From Bugula neritina (lineage: Eukaryota; Animalia; Bryozoa): 64,000 nucleotides of DNA. The DNA is taken from assembly GCA_964035545.1 (NCBI GenBank), contig OZ037770.1, forward strand, positions 15,738,642 to 15,802,641, read 5' to 3'. The translations under genes and the position numbers were made by a program. Position 1 is the stretch's first letter; each line of letters starts with the position of its first letter. Shown one piece after another: positions 27,240-39,839 of this stretch. A model generated the notes under the pieces. That model was not told the DNA's origin and ran no database searches. It saw only the letters and a list, made by a program, of their open reading frames with translations.

Positions 27240-27548
27240 CTATACTGTGTCATCTACAATATATTGTCTATTTCTATACTGAGTAATCTACAATATATTG
27301 TCTATTTCTATACTGAGTAATCTACAATATATTGTCTATTTCTATACTGAGTAATCTACAATATATTGTCTATTTCTATACTGTGTCATCTACAATATAA
27401 TGTCCATTTCTATACTGAGTAATCTACAATATATTGTCCATTTCTTTACTGAGTAATCTACAATATATTGTCTATTTCTATACTGTGTCATCTACAATAT
27501 AATGTCCATTTCTATACTGAGTAATCTAAAATATTTTGTCTATTTCTA
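27240..27548. repeat. Intergenic 34-bp minisatellite, about 9 copies
   Basis: Unit TCTATACTGAGTAATCTACAATATATTGTCTATT, containing the palindrome ACAATATATTGT. Confidence 0.9.
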
Positions 27549-27790
27549 AAGTTCTCAGCCAATCTCTTAGAATTAATATTAGCTGTTTTCAGCTCAAATA
27601 GTCTGACCATGTTGCTAAAATATCTTCATTTTGTAAAAGCATTTAGCCTGATGACATTGTCACTTTTTGTCATTTCAACCAGCAAACCATATACGTAACT
27701 GGCAAATCTCTGCTACCATTGGCTAAAGACAACATTTCAGTTCCACAGAATCTGACAGAAACCTTGCAACCACCTGTTAGAGACTTGACA

Positions 27791-30207
27791 ATGCAGATAG
27801 TTCATTGTGTTGTATTTGCATTGTTTTTACTTTGCAGTAAGTATATATTGGATATGTATATATTTAAGGTAGCATGGTGTGCCCAGCTCCATGTTGCTAT
27901 TGGACACAGAAGTATATATATATATATGGTAGCTAGAAGTGGCGGTGCCATTTTTATCTACTTTTCCATTTGTGCCATTATTACCTGTGCCATGTTAACC
28001 TGTGTCATATGTACCTGTGCCATTATTACTTGTGGCATTTTTGGTGCCAGTTTTACCTCAAGTCATAATATGTAAATCAGGCAGCAGTTGAGAAAATAAG
28101 AAAGAAACCAGACCTCTAGCTACTGATATCCTATGAGAGGTTTAGTTTGCTAATGTTTGATTGTAGATGTCATTGCAGCAATAGAAGTCATTGCTTGTTA
28201 TTACGAAGATGAACTGAAGATTAAAGAGGTTGCCTGTGAGAATGGAGGTGCTATAAACATGACTAGAGTGGTAGTAGGCAGACCCAGTGCTGGTAACTGC
28301 ATGAAGTACACGCCTGAGGACTGTCCACGACACGTCATAGCAGAGACGGACCGGTACTTCTTGGATCTACAGGCTAACTGCAGTGGACTCTCTTCTTGTC
28401 AGCTAAACAGTCAGGTTCTCTGGTCAGAATATGTATTCTCCTCATGTGGAAACGCTCAAGACGACAGTGTAAGGGTAATCAGGGCCGTGGTGGAAGCGCA
28501 CTACAACTGTACTCAAACAGGTAAGTCAGTTTTATTCAACTTAAGATCAGAACCCGTCACTCACCTGTCACTCACCTTGTGTCACCTGTCACTCACCTGT
28601 CACTCTTCTGTCTCTCTTCTGCCACTCACCTGTCACTCGCTTGTCACTCTTCTGTCACTCTTCTGTCTCTCTTCTGTCACTAACCTGTCACTCACCTGTC
28701 ACTCACCTGTCACTCACCTGTCACTCACTTGTCACTGCACTTTCTTCCTTTGTCTTAATATTTTTGTATTTAACAAACAATGTTATACAGATGTACTAGC
28801 AATGATGTCTCTCTATTTCCTTCATTACATTATGTATAACGTTGACAATGACAGCTAGTTTTTCTTTTCGTTATGTTTATACAACAGAGACAACAGATGT
28901 AGCATCAACTACAGAAGTATCATCAACTACAGAAGTAGCATCAACTACGGAAACAACAGAAGTAGCAACAACTACAGAAGTAGCAACAACTACAGAGGCA
29001 ACAGAAGTAGCAACAACTACAGAAGTAGCAACAACTACAGAAGTAGCAACAACTACAGAAGTAGCAACAACTACAGAGACAACAGAAGTAGCAACAACTA
29101 CGGAGACAACAGAAGTAGCAACAACTACAGAGACAACAGAAGTAGCAACAACTACGGAGACAACAGAAGTAGCAACAACTACGGAGACAACAGAAGTGGA
29201 CTCAAATCCTGAAAATGGAACTTCTTCTGAGATCGTGAAGTCTACAATTGGTAAGTTGTAATAGGAATTAACCAATCAGCAGGCATAATAGTACATATGA
29301 ACCAATTATCATTTAGCTTACCTAATGATATATAGTGATATATTAATATAGTATAGACAGTGTATAGAAATGTATGTTCTGCTGATGTTATAGAACCAAC
29401 CACAGACATGTATAAAGGAATTGACACTAAAACCGTCATAATTGGGATCTCTTGTCTGGGAGGACTGGCTTTGATGCTCACCGCAGTTTGTGTGTATCGT
29501 AGACAAAAAAGGAAGAGGTAACCTACATTAAGAGAGAGTATTTTATCACTTTATACTAACATATGCAAACACTGAGAAAAACATTCTCATTATTTTCGTA
29601 GAATAGAAATTTTGCGATACAAGAAAGCCCGGGAAGATGAAGCACGGAAGGCATACGCACTTTCATATATGAAAACTTTAGAGTCGGACTATGCAGATGA
29701 AAGTTTATCAGATACAACTGGAGGTGTGGATGGAGGTAGGTAGGACAGCCGTAGGAGGGGGGTAGGTAAGACAGCCATAGAAGAGGGTAGGTGATCTCCA
29801 CCCGCTAGCTGATATCTGAGAGTTCTGGTGTTATATTTTTCTCACTGTACGTAGCAGCTGATCTATGAGCAAGATGTATTGTAGGAAATGATAATGTGAA
29901 CAGGGCAGAAAATCATTACGTGCAGATGACAGGAAGTGATGTCATACAGATGAGAGGAAGTGATGTCGTGCAGATGACAGGAAGTGATGTCGTGCAGATG
30001 ACAGGAAGTGATGTCATGCAGATGATAGGAAGTGATGTCGTGCAGATGACAGGAAGTGATGTCGAGCAGATGACAGGAAGTGATGACGTGCAGATGACAG
30101 GAAGTGATGTCATACAGATGACAGGAAGTGACGACGTGCAGATGACACGAAATGGTGTCGAGCATACAGAGAAAGGAGATGCTGTGTATGCTAATGTTTC
30201 TAAGTGA
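27791..30207 (+). CDS. Type-I membrane receptor A: signal peptide, SUEL/Gal-lectin-like 8-Cys domain, Thr-rich mucin stalk, TM, Tyr-motif cytoplasmic tail
   Basis: Exons 27791-27836 (MQIVHCVVFALFLLC), 28167-28520 (C..C..GRP..C..C..CSGLSSC..C..YNC), 28888-29250 (EVATTT repeats), 29394-29517 (TM VIIGISCLGGLALMLTAVCVY then RRQKRKR), 29602-29723, 29885-30207 (HYVQM, (VQMTGSDV)n, AVYANV, TGA). All junctions are GT-AG and in phase. Domain call is from Cys spacing only. Confidence 0.8.
28557..28736. repeat. 11-bp repeat (TCACTCACCTG)n, degenerate, in receptor A intron 2
   Basis: Same unit as 30421-30713. Confidence 0.85.
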
Positions 30208-30420
30208 AATTAGCACATGACTTTGGATATACATACATACTAAGTAGTAGAGCATCAAGTCTTACTCACTCCTGATAATAAACTCAGCTGTTACATTATC
30301 AAACTATTCTAGAACATTCTGGCATAACATACTCTGTATTCTAATTGCTCGGCTTTCTTAATATTTAAGGTAAAGGTTCTCTCTTATTGGTATTTTTGTA
30401 AGCAGTACCCATATACATAC

Positions 30421-30713
30421 CTCACTTGTAACTCACCTGTCACTCACCTGTCACTCTCCTGTCACTCACCTGTGACTCACCTGTGACTCACCTGTCACTC
30501 ACCTGTCCCTCACCTGTCACTCACCTGTCACTCACCTGTCACTCTCCTGTCACTCACCTGTCACTCACCTGTCACTCTCCTGTCACTCACCTGTCACTCT
30601 CCTGTCACTCACCTGTCACTGTCCTGTCACTCACCTGTCACTCTCCTGTCACTCAACTGTCACTCACCTGTCACTCACCTGTCACTCACCTGTCACTCTC
30701 CTGTCACTCACCT
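30421..30713. repeat. 11-bp repeat (TCACTCACCTG)n downstream of the receptor A stop codon
   Basis: About 26 copies. Confidence 0.9.
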
Positions 30714-31324
30714 AGCTATGGCACACCCACTGGAACCAGGCTACAGTGCCAAATTGATATTGTTAGCTTCATAACACACTAATATTTATTATATTATATA
30801 TGTTTATTGTTTTTGATTTCATAATATGATACTATTTGTTATACAATATGTTCATCATTTATGTTGCTATTTATTGCTTCTAATTCACTATAATATTTTA
30901 TCATATTATGACGCAATGTATATTATTACCTCGCCAAACTGTTATATAATCATATTCTTGTAAATCTCATATCATCTGCCTTTTATAAGCTAATATAAGC
31001 TCTTCTTGCTCTGCTTGTGGTTTTAAATGAAATAACCCGATATTATATTATATATTTGTTTTATATAACTTATATGACCCAACTGGTCAATATACATGAG
31101 ATAGATTGATTAGCAGCATGGCATGTATTTGGTAGTGCTCACAACATGTATATTTCTTTTAAAATGTTCAGTTTTTGAAGCAAAATAGATTAAAAGATAA
31201 ATTGTGAAAGGTGAATAACTTTAAAAAGTTCCACCTGTAGAAGGCAAATAAGATGTTTTTTTAATATTTTGTTCATGTCCCACGTACATGGTTATTGTTT
31301 TATTAGGAGAGCACTATTTCATGT

Positions 31325-32546
31325 TATATATAGCAATATGGAGTACTATATATAGCAATATGGAGTATTATATATAGCAATATGGAGTATTATATATAGC
31401 AATATGGAGTACTATATATAGCAATATGGAGTATTATATATAGCAATATGGAGTATTATATATAGCAATATGGAGTATTATATATAGCAATATGGAGTAT
31501 TATATATAGCAATATGGAGTATTATATATAGCAATATGGAGTATTATATATAGCAATATGGAGTATTATATATAGCAATATGGAGTATTATATATAGCAA
31601 TATGGAGTATTATATATAGCAATATGGAGTATTATATATAGCAATATGGAGTATTATATATAGCAATATAGAGTATTATACATAGCAATATGGAGTACTA
31701 TATATAGCAATATGGAGTATTATATATAGCAATATGGAGTATTATATATAGCAATATGGAGTATCATATATAGCAATATGGAGTATTATATATAGCAATA
31801 TAGAGTATTATACATAGCAATATGGAGTACTATACATTATAGCAATATGGAGTATTATATATAGCAATATAGAGTATTATATATAGCAATATGGAGTGTT
31901 ATATATAGCAATATGGAGTATTATATATAGCAATATGGAGTATTATATATAGCAATATGGAGTATTATATATAGCAATATGGAGTATTATATATAGCAAT
32001 ATGGAGTGTTATATATAGCAATATGGAGTAATATATATAGCAATATAGAGTATTATATATAGCAATATGGAGTATTATATATAGCAATATGGAGTATTAT
32101 ATATAGCAATATGGAGTATTATATATAGCAATATGGAGTATTATATATAGCAATATGGAGTATTATATATAGCAATATGGAGTATTATATATAGCAATAT
32201 GGAGTATTATATATAGCAATATGGAGTATTATATATAGCAATATGGAGTAATATATATAGCAATATGGAGTATTATATATAGCAATATGGAGTATTATAT
32301 ATAGCAATATGGAGTATTATATATAGCAATATGGAGTATTATATATAGCAATATGGAGTATTATATATAGCAATATGGAGTATTATATATAGCAATATGG
32401 AGTATTATATATAGCAATATGGAGTATTATACATAGCAATATGGAGTATTATATATAGCAATATGGAGTATTATATATAGCAATATGGAGTACTATATAT
32501 AGCAATATGGAGTATTATATATAGCAATATGGAGTACTATATATAG
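31325..32546. repeat. Intergenic 22-bp minisatellite (TATATATAGCAATATGGAGTAT)n, about 55 copies
   Basis: Direct reading. Confidence 0.95.
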
Positions 32547-34149
32547 TCATGTTTATTATAGTCAATAGTCTATATTTCCATGTATAAAACTGCAACCTAT
32601 GAGCACAAATAATTTAATGGTAAAATTAATTAAATTATTAATTACAATTATTGCTTAAAGAACTTTTCACAGAAGATAGAAGCAAAAAGTAATATTATAC
32701 TTGCAATTATTTTGCCATATAATCAAAGTTTTATGCATCTTCATTAAAAAATTTATGAGAGAAGTGAATACAGCCAACTTTCCTCCTCTACTTGTTAATT
32801 AGCTACACTGACTCACGCCATAACATTGATAGCTAACAAAGCTTCAACCACAAAGCTTTCTCCACAAAGCTTCAACCACAAAGCTTTCACCACTGAGCTT
32901 TCTCCACTGAGCTTTCTCCACAAAGCTCCCGCTACATTTGTATATACACCATCAAATGTACTTCATACTTGATTTATTTTCAAAAGAGTCCATCTGTACA
33001 GAAGTAAAATTTGTAACCTTGGAATATACAGGTTAGCCTGTGGAACAACAAACTGGACGGATATAGATATTCGTGGGACGACAAAAGGAGCAACTGTAAA
33101 TATGCAGTAGTAGCTATTACTTTACATCATCTCTTAGTACATGAAACTAGTAGTTATCCCCCTTAGATACATAAGCAATCTAACTATAGAAATATGATAC
33201 AATAAACATTTCATTATGTCACAATTCTACTGTTTCCCAAGTTCTTATCATTTTAATGGCTGAATAATAGCGTAATTAGTCCATCACTGGTGAATGGAGG
33301 TGACAGAGTGCTGGGTGAAACATTGTTACTGCGTCAATCAACCATCCATGCAGAACCAAAGTGAAGAAAGACTACTTTCACCATTTCTATCATACCCATT
33401 GGACCGGAAAGCTAGGTACTTCTGTTTACTGCATTTATTCCATTGCTATTGTCAGATATTACAGTACCACTAGCTGGGCTAACCTAAGCTGTAAGTTATA
33501 TATTACATTCTTGAAGTTTTTATCAACTGTGCATACGCTATGTGTCACAGAAGTAAGTATAGTAACTAGAGTAAGTACCAACTAGTGTAAGTAGTAACTA
33601 GTGTAAGTACCAACTAGTGTAAGTACCAACTAGTGTAAGTACCAACTAGTGTAATTGCTATTGACCGCTAGCCAAGTAGGAAATGGAAGTAATTAACAAC
33701 AGAGCTATAACCTTGGATGACATTTTGTCTTTTCAAACTCACTATTTTCACACAGAAGGACAGGCAAGCTGGAAATATAGTCTTATAAGTTAATAGTTAC
33801 AGCAAACAGTTTGTCCTCGGGGCACTAGCTAAAATAGCCGTGCTTCTAACAACACTATAAATTAGAAACTCTGGCTAAGTGAGGAATAGTTTCTGTACAT
33901 TAAATGATAGCCAGTGATCACACATATCAGATTAGTTTGGAAAGTTACAGTTTTACGGCTCTCAAGTGTGTAGAGATTAGCTGTTAGTCTGGTCTGAGAA
34001 GTGCTAAAAGCCAATGGTGTGTTTGCTAACTGATGAGCCAATGGGTGCTACTTTTACTCTAGTATGTTCAAATAGTTTCATTCCATTCTACCTAATCTCA
34101 ATACCTCAAGTATGCTAAGTTATATACTACATGCACGGGCTACACTTAA

Positions 34150-34917
34150 AGGATTGCTCAATCTTAGTTTATTACAATCACATTATAATTATGAACTATA
34201 ATTTAATGTGTATGCAAACAATTGTGACTTTGCAAAGGGATATGTGCCTAGAAAACAGCTTTTCAAAATTCCAATTTTGAGGGCGGTAAAATTTTCAGCC
34301 ATGAAAAAGAATAGCCTAATACGTGACGTGTGAACGCCAGTAACTATGCGCACGTGCTAACTATAACGCTAGTATTCAAGGTTGCTGAGCACAATATCAA
34401 CCAATAACGCTCAAGCAGTTACAGTGCGCTATATAGGTCAGCTTTGGTGTGCCCGTAATATTGCACAATCTGACCTAGTTTAGATCGATTGCAGGCATTC
34501 ATCCTAAAGAACGCATGTTTTTGCAATGCTTTTTTCTATTGGTTACAAGCAAAATATGGCCTAATGTTATTACATACATGTTATTTAAAATGTCAAAAAA
34601 CTATAGATTGAGATAATTCACATTTGCACTTCTATAAATATACAAATTACGAGCTGAAAGATCACATCTCACAGTCATATTTCTATAGTTATTCATTTGT
34701 ATAGTCACGTGACTAGCAGGAATGCTGGCGCTGTTACGTCACATTTCCCAGCTTATTTCAAAATCGGCGTTTTGGCTGTTACCAATCTACACCCTCAACT
34801 TCAACTAACTTTTTCTACCTTTGGTCAAATGCTTTTTGCCAATGCATGCTTAGAAAAACACAATATTATGTGTGTTTGACTTAAATGGCCATTTATTAGA
34901 CAAGATAGAGCAATCCT
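34150..34917. mobile_element. Non-autonomous DNA transposon (MITE), TTAA target-site duplication, Kolobok-like termini
   Basis: TTAA at 34146-34149 and 34918-34921 flank 16-bp terminal inverted repeats AGGATTGCTCAATCTT / AAGATAGAGCAATCCT (15/16 match). 768 bp, no transposase ORF. Purine (AG) start with TTAA TSD fits Kolobok better than piggyBac (CCC start). Confidence 0.75.
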
Positions 34918-35290
34918 TTAAGATGGCTGTCGTGTAAAACAATGCAACTTAGATGTAATTATTCAATGTGTTGGATCAGTTTAACATCTGCAACTTTTTC
35001 ACAAGATTTAAAGAAGTTTTGCCCACCTATTAGCTGTAGCGTCTGTCAAGGTTTGTTGTTTAACACTTTAACTCAGCCTGAATTCTAACAAGTATTGAAC
35101 GCTTGCATATCCGTAATCTAGAGCTTATTTCCAACCTAAACAAAAGTTGAGAATTTTGCTTTTAATTGCTGGGAAACCACCAAACATTGCAGTGTTGGGT
35201 GAAGAAGCTGTAATAAGATAGAACTGAGGAAGCGATACAGAGTGTTCTCTCTAAGGTTTAGCCAATTCAAACTTTGATTAACGCAAAAAG

Positions 35291-38200
35291 ATGCAGACAC
35301 TGTTCTGTGGGAGGATAGCTCTCTACCTGGTCCTGCTGCAAGTAGTAGGTAAGTTTACTCCACCTTGTCAACTAGTAGTTGGAAGGGTAGCTGTTGGGCG
35401 GAATAATTACTCTCATGGTTATGCTAATGAAGGGCTGTGTGTATATTTAAATCATGCAGCAGTTGGAAAATAAGAGAGAAGCAAAAACCCTTTATACATT
35501 TAAGCCTCACCTTCTGTTATCATCCTATGAGAGGTTTGATTTGCTAATATTTTATTGTAGATATCATTGCAGCAATAGAAGTCATTGCTTGTTATTACGG
35601 AACACCGACGGTTAAAGAGATGAGCTGTGAGAATGGACTAGTTATAAGTATAGCTAATCTAACCGTAAGCAGACCCAGTGTTGGTAGCTGTACAAATTAT
35701 ACGCCTGAGGACTGTCCAAGACACGTCATAGCAGAGACAGACCAGTACTACTTGGCTCTACAGGCTAACTGCAGTGGACTCTCTTCCTGTCAGCTAAACA
35801 GTCAGGTTCTCTGGTCAGAATATGTATTCTCCTCATGTGGAAACGTTCGAGATGCAAATACAAAGACATTCAGGACCGTGGTGGAAGTGCAGTATAGCTG
35901 TATGCAAAGTAGTGAGTTTCCTAACAACAAATTACTTACCCTGACTGGATTCTCAACTTCAGGGCAAATTTATCAGATTGTGTCATAAAATGTGCTCTGG
36001 GATGTAAATAATTAATGTATAAGTAACAGATAAGTGATTAAGTCACCCTGGAGTTATTGACTAGCAATGACTGACAGTCTGTGACAGTCTGTGACAGTAT
36101 GGTCACATGTGGTCAGTTGAAGTTATTCTCACTCTAGACTCAAATAACTCTCTGTTACTTCTATTATTATATATATTGTTATATGATGGATGAGTCATAC
36201 TTAATGCATGGAAGAACATTTGGCAAAACTTTTTCCTTGCAGTGTCATATCAAAAGGAAATTGGCAATTTGCAGCTTTATATAATTTATTTTTGAGACTA
36301 AAACTAAGCCTTTTCTACTCTGTAATTTGATCTCCACACAAGACACAGAGATCTCAGACTAGGTATAATGCTGTGAGTTGGTTCTAATCCTATTTTATTT
36401 TGTATTCAGACTCTACAACCAGCCAAGAGGTGACTATCGTCGAGACAACAACTCCAGTATCGACTCAGTCGAGTAGAGTGACACACTCTCAGACTACAGA
36501 TTCTCAGACTACAGAAGGTGGACCAACAGACAGACAGCTGGATAGTGAGTTATTGGAGAAGTTGTTAGGTGTAGAGACATGGGCATCTCATGTCAACCCC
36601 TTCACCCCTCTCTCTTATCACCAACACCAATGGCTGTCTTGCTTTTGCTGATTAAACTCTTGTAGTTGGAATTTTTTCCTTTAAATGGGCATAGAGTTTA
36701 ATATGAAAATATTAAACAGAAAACTTTACCTAAGAATCTGCAACTAATAAAGTGTTTTTCATCTATAAAACCGGCTGATTATTGTACTTAGAACATTTAT
36801 CTGCCCCTTCATATTATTTCAGCCAATCACTTTTAATAGTGGCTGCAGTGTATGACTTCACAATTGGTTCTCCTTCTCACAGGTTCCACACTTGAAAATG
36901 ATGACAAAGACAAACTGCCCGTGATCATAGCCGCCTCAGTTCTTGGTGCCTTGCTAGTCATATCCATTATCATCTTGGTGATTTGTCTGAAGAGGAAAAG
37001 GTGTGTTGAGTCACTTATCTTTCGAAACTAATGAAAGTTCTAATCCACCAAAATATCCTAGAGTACACCAGAACCAGAATATGTTGAGATATAACAGAGC
37101 ATACTTGCTCGGGTGTACTGGAATATGGCACAAGTCTGTTTAGGCTACATATTGTTTATTTTGAATTGTAGAGATGGACGTCTTCCAAAGCATTCAACTC
37201 ATCTGGCAAAGCATAACCGAGATAGAGTAAATACGTATGAAGATGTCCCTGGATCTCCTGAAGGTACGAACCATCTTTCTGTATGGCATTAGAGCTGTAA
37301 CTCTTATGGCTCTTCTTTTGTAACAGCTTTGAGAAAAGTGACTCATGCACCAGGGCGCTGTGTGGATGCCAAAAACTTCAATTGACAAATGCGTTTTATT
37401 TGCCAAGTTTGAAAAGTTGTCTGTATAGGCTAATTTTGTTTCTTATATAAGTTGTCCATTTTATTTTGATGTCTCTCAGATAACATATGCTGAAAGTAGA
37501 CAGCGCTTTTGGTAGAAGAATATATTAATTGTTACATTTTTCAATTGTTGCAGAGTATTATACTATTATTGATGTTATACTGAATCTTCTCAAAGTCAGG
37601 TGATATGGAAACTTGCAGACGTCTGCTAAATGCAGCTGACTTCAAGTTATCCATTAAACAAAATGTTGTTAATAGAAGGATTATCATTAGGTAGTCAATA
37701 AGATGTACAAATGGGTCAAAGCCTTTCACCAGCTATCTATACTTTCAGTTTGGGTTTTAGATTTTAACTTTTGTTAAATACATTTTTATAATGCGAACTT
37801 GAGAATCAAATGCTTGCTATTTGGTATATGTTCATCGTTTATTTCAACTATGTGTAAAAACATCCGTTAGTTTTCCTGAGATTTCAACAGATTGTTTTCC
37901 GATACTCAAACAAATCTTTTTAAAACATATCAGCTGGCCAGTCAACTGCTAGAAAATCTGCAGTATTTAAAAGAAACCAACTCCAGTAACTCAAACTAAG
38001 ATTGATATAGCAGTACAAATGGTCTAAGTACTTTAAGGAAGGTTGAAGTGGGATCAGCAGCTAATAATACGATGCTGAGTGTATAATCATTGCTGCTACA
38101 TGTTATTGTACTCGTGGATGTTGCACTTGCTGATGTTTAGTTGAATTTGAGTAATGAAATGGTCTACTGGGTTGATTAAGTTTCGCTCACGCTTGACTCA

Positions 38201-39279
38201 CTAACAGATGAGTCATCTCCTTTCCTCTATTGGCTAGTGATGAGTCACACCTCAGGGTGATTGAGTAGATAGTTGTGGCTTGTAACTCAGTTCAAACCTG
38301 TAACAGATAAAAAATTTTGTGACACAATTTAAAATAACTAATGATTATACCTATGGAATACAGGCTTGCTAAAGTGAAGTCAACATAAATTTTATTCCTG
38401 TTATAAAAATGTTTTAGAGAGCAAAACTAGAGAAGCTCGAGTGAAGAAGTTCAGGGAGGAAGAGGATCGTGATGACGGGTTTTATGACAGCACGCCATCC
38501 TTTGAGAATGAATACTCTCTCGCTGGTGGGTGCATCTCCCCTCCCCCTCTCCCCCTAGTAATAGTAATGTTATAGTTGTAGTAACCTGCGTGTTACACAT
38601 GTACGCTATGTATATTTTCAATTGTCATTCTAATTACACTGTCGTAGACTATTTCACAGCTATATAAATGTAAAAGGGGAGCTCATGAGTCCAACCAGTG
38701 AACTGTAACATAATATGACAGATCTGACGTCAGTTCATGTCTTTTGTTGATTGTATTAGTTTAGAGTTTGGCTAGCTGGTCATACCAATGTTGGAAATTG
38801 TAAAAACTTTTAAAAAACTGCCAAAAATTAGGTTTGTGTCAATTCCTTCAAATTATAGAACGCAGCTAATTGCTATTGAAGTTGCCATGGAAACGAACCT
38901 CAGTGACATGTTTTACCTGGAGGAGACGACTCTAAGTTTCTGGCACATTGTAGCACTTGTTGTTTGTATTCACACAGGCCCAGTCATCACAGATAGTTAC
39001 GCAGTCATTCAAAAGAAAGTCACGAAGGAAGGCCCTTGCTTTGCCATTCAGGACGTGGCAGTAGAAGATGAAGTTGAAGAGTCCAGCAGTGAAGGCAGTC
39101 ACGTGAAGAGCTCACTGAACTTCAGCAATGAGGTCTACAACTTGTCTCTGCCGGTGAAGGTGCCGGACACAGTCCTGATTGACAATGACCTCTACGAGTC
39201 GTGCAATGAAGATTCGGAAACTGATGAGGAAAAGGAAGTAGTAGAGTTCATTGACAATGATCTGTATAGCACTGGATGA
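35291..39279 (+). CDS. Type-I membrane receptor B, paralogous ectodomain to receptor A: signal peptide, SUEL-like domain, Ser/Thr stalk, TM, acidic Tyr-motif tail
   Basis: Exons 35291-35348 (MQTLFCGRIALYLVLLQVV), 35561-35911 (lectin-like, strongly similar to 28167-28520), 36410-36544, 36883-37000 (TM LPVIIAASVLGALLVISIIILVICL then KRKR), 37172-37263 (NTYEDV), 38418-38525 (GFYDS, NEYSLA), 38978-39279 (DSYAVI, NEVYNL, IDNDLY x2, TGA). Confidence 0.8.
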
Positions 39280-39839
39280 GTGACTGTACACTGTGATGAA
39301 AGGGTAGACAACTCTACTGTAAGGTTACAAGTTGTTACATAATCATGTCGAGTATAAACATGTGTAAGCATACTACAATCTACTTCAGCATAGCTATATG
39401 CTGTAAATTATTCAACTTATTTTCATTAGACTAAATTATTTTGTTATATTATTCCTTGAAGTGTATAATAACAATATATTATTACTTTATTTACCTGGTT
39501 ACATTATTACTGCAGTTTATACAGTTTACTATTCCCATATGAGTACAAGTGAACTACTAAGACTGAGTTTCCATACAGCAATAAGGGCAGTAAGTTACCC
39601 ACCCCAACCTGATGATTAGATCCATTAAACAAGTTGGTTGGAAATATTATGTTTTCACTATCAACTAAGTTATATCAAATAGTATTGAATATACAGTATT
39701 TATTCTGGTTTGAATTATATACAATAGAGTGGGTTTATGTACAAAACATCAACATTGAAAAATCACTGAACAAGATATCAAAATAATACAGACTGTAGCC
39801 TGAAATCTCGCTGATACATGTTAGAGCGGAAGGGACGGG

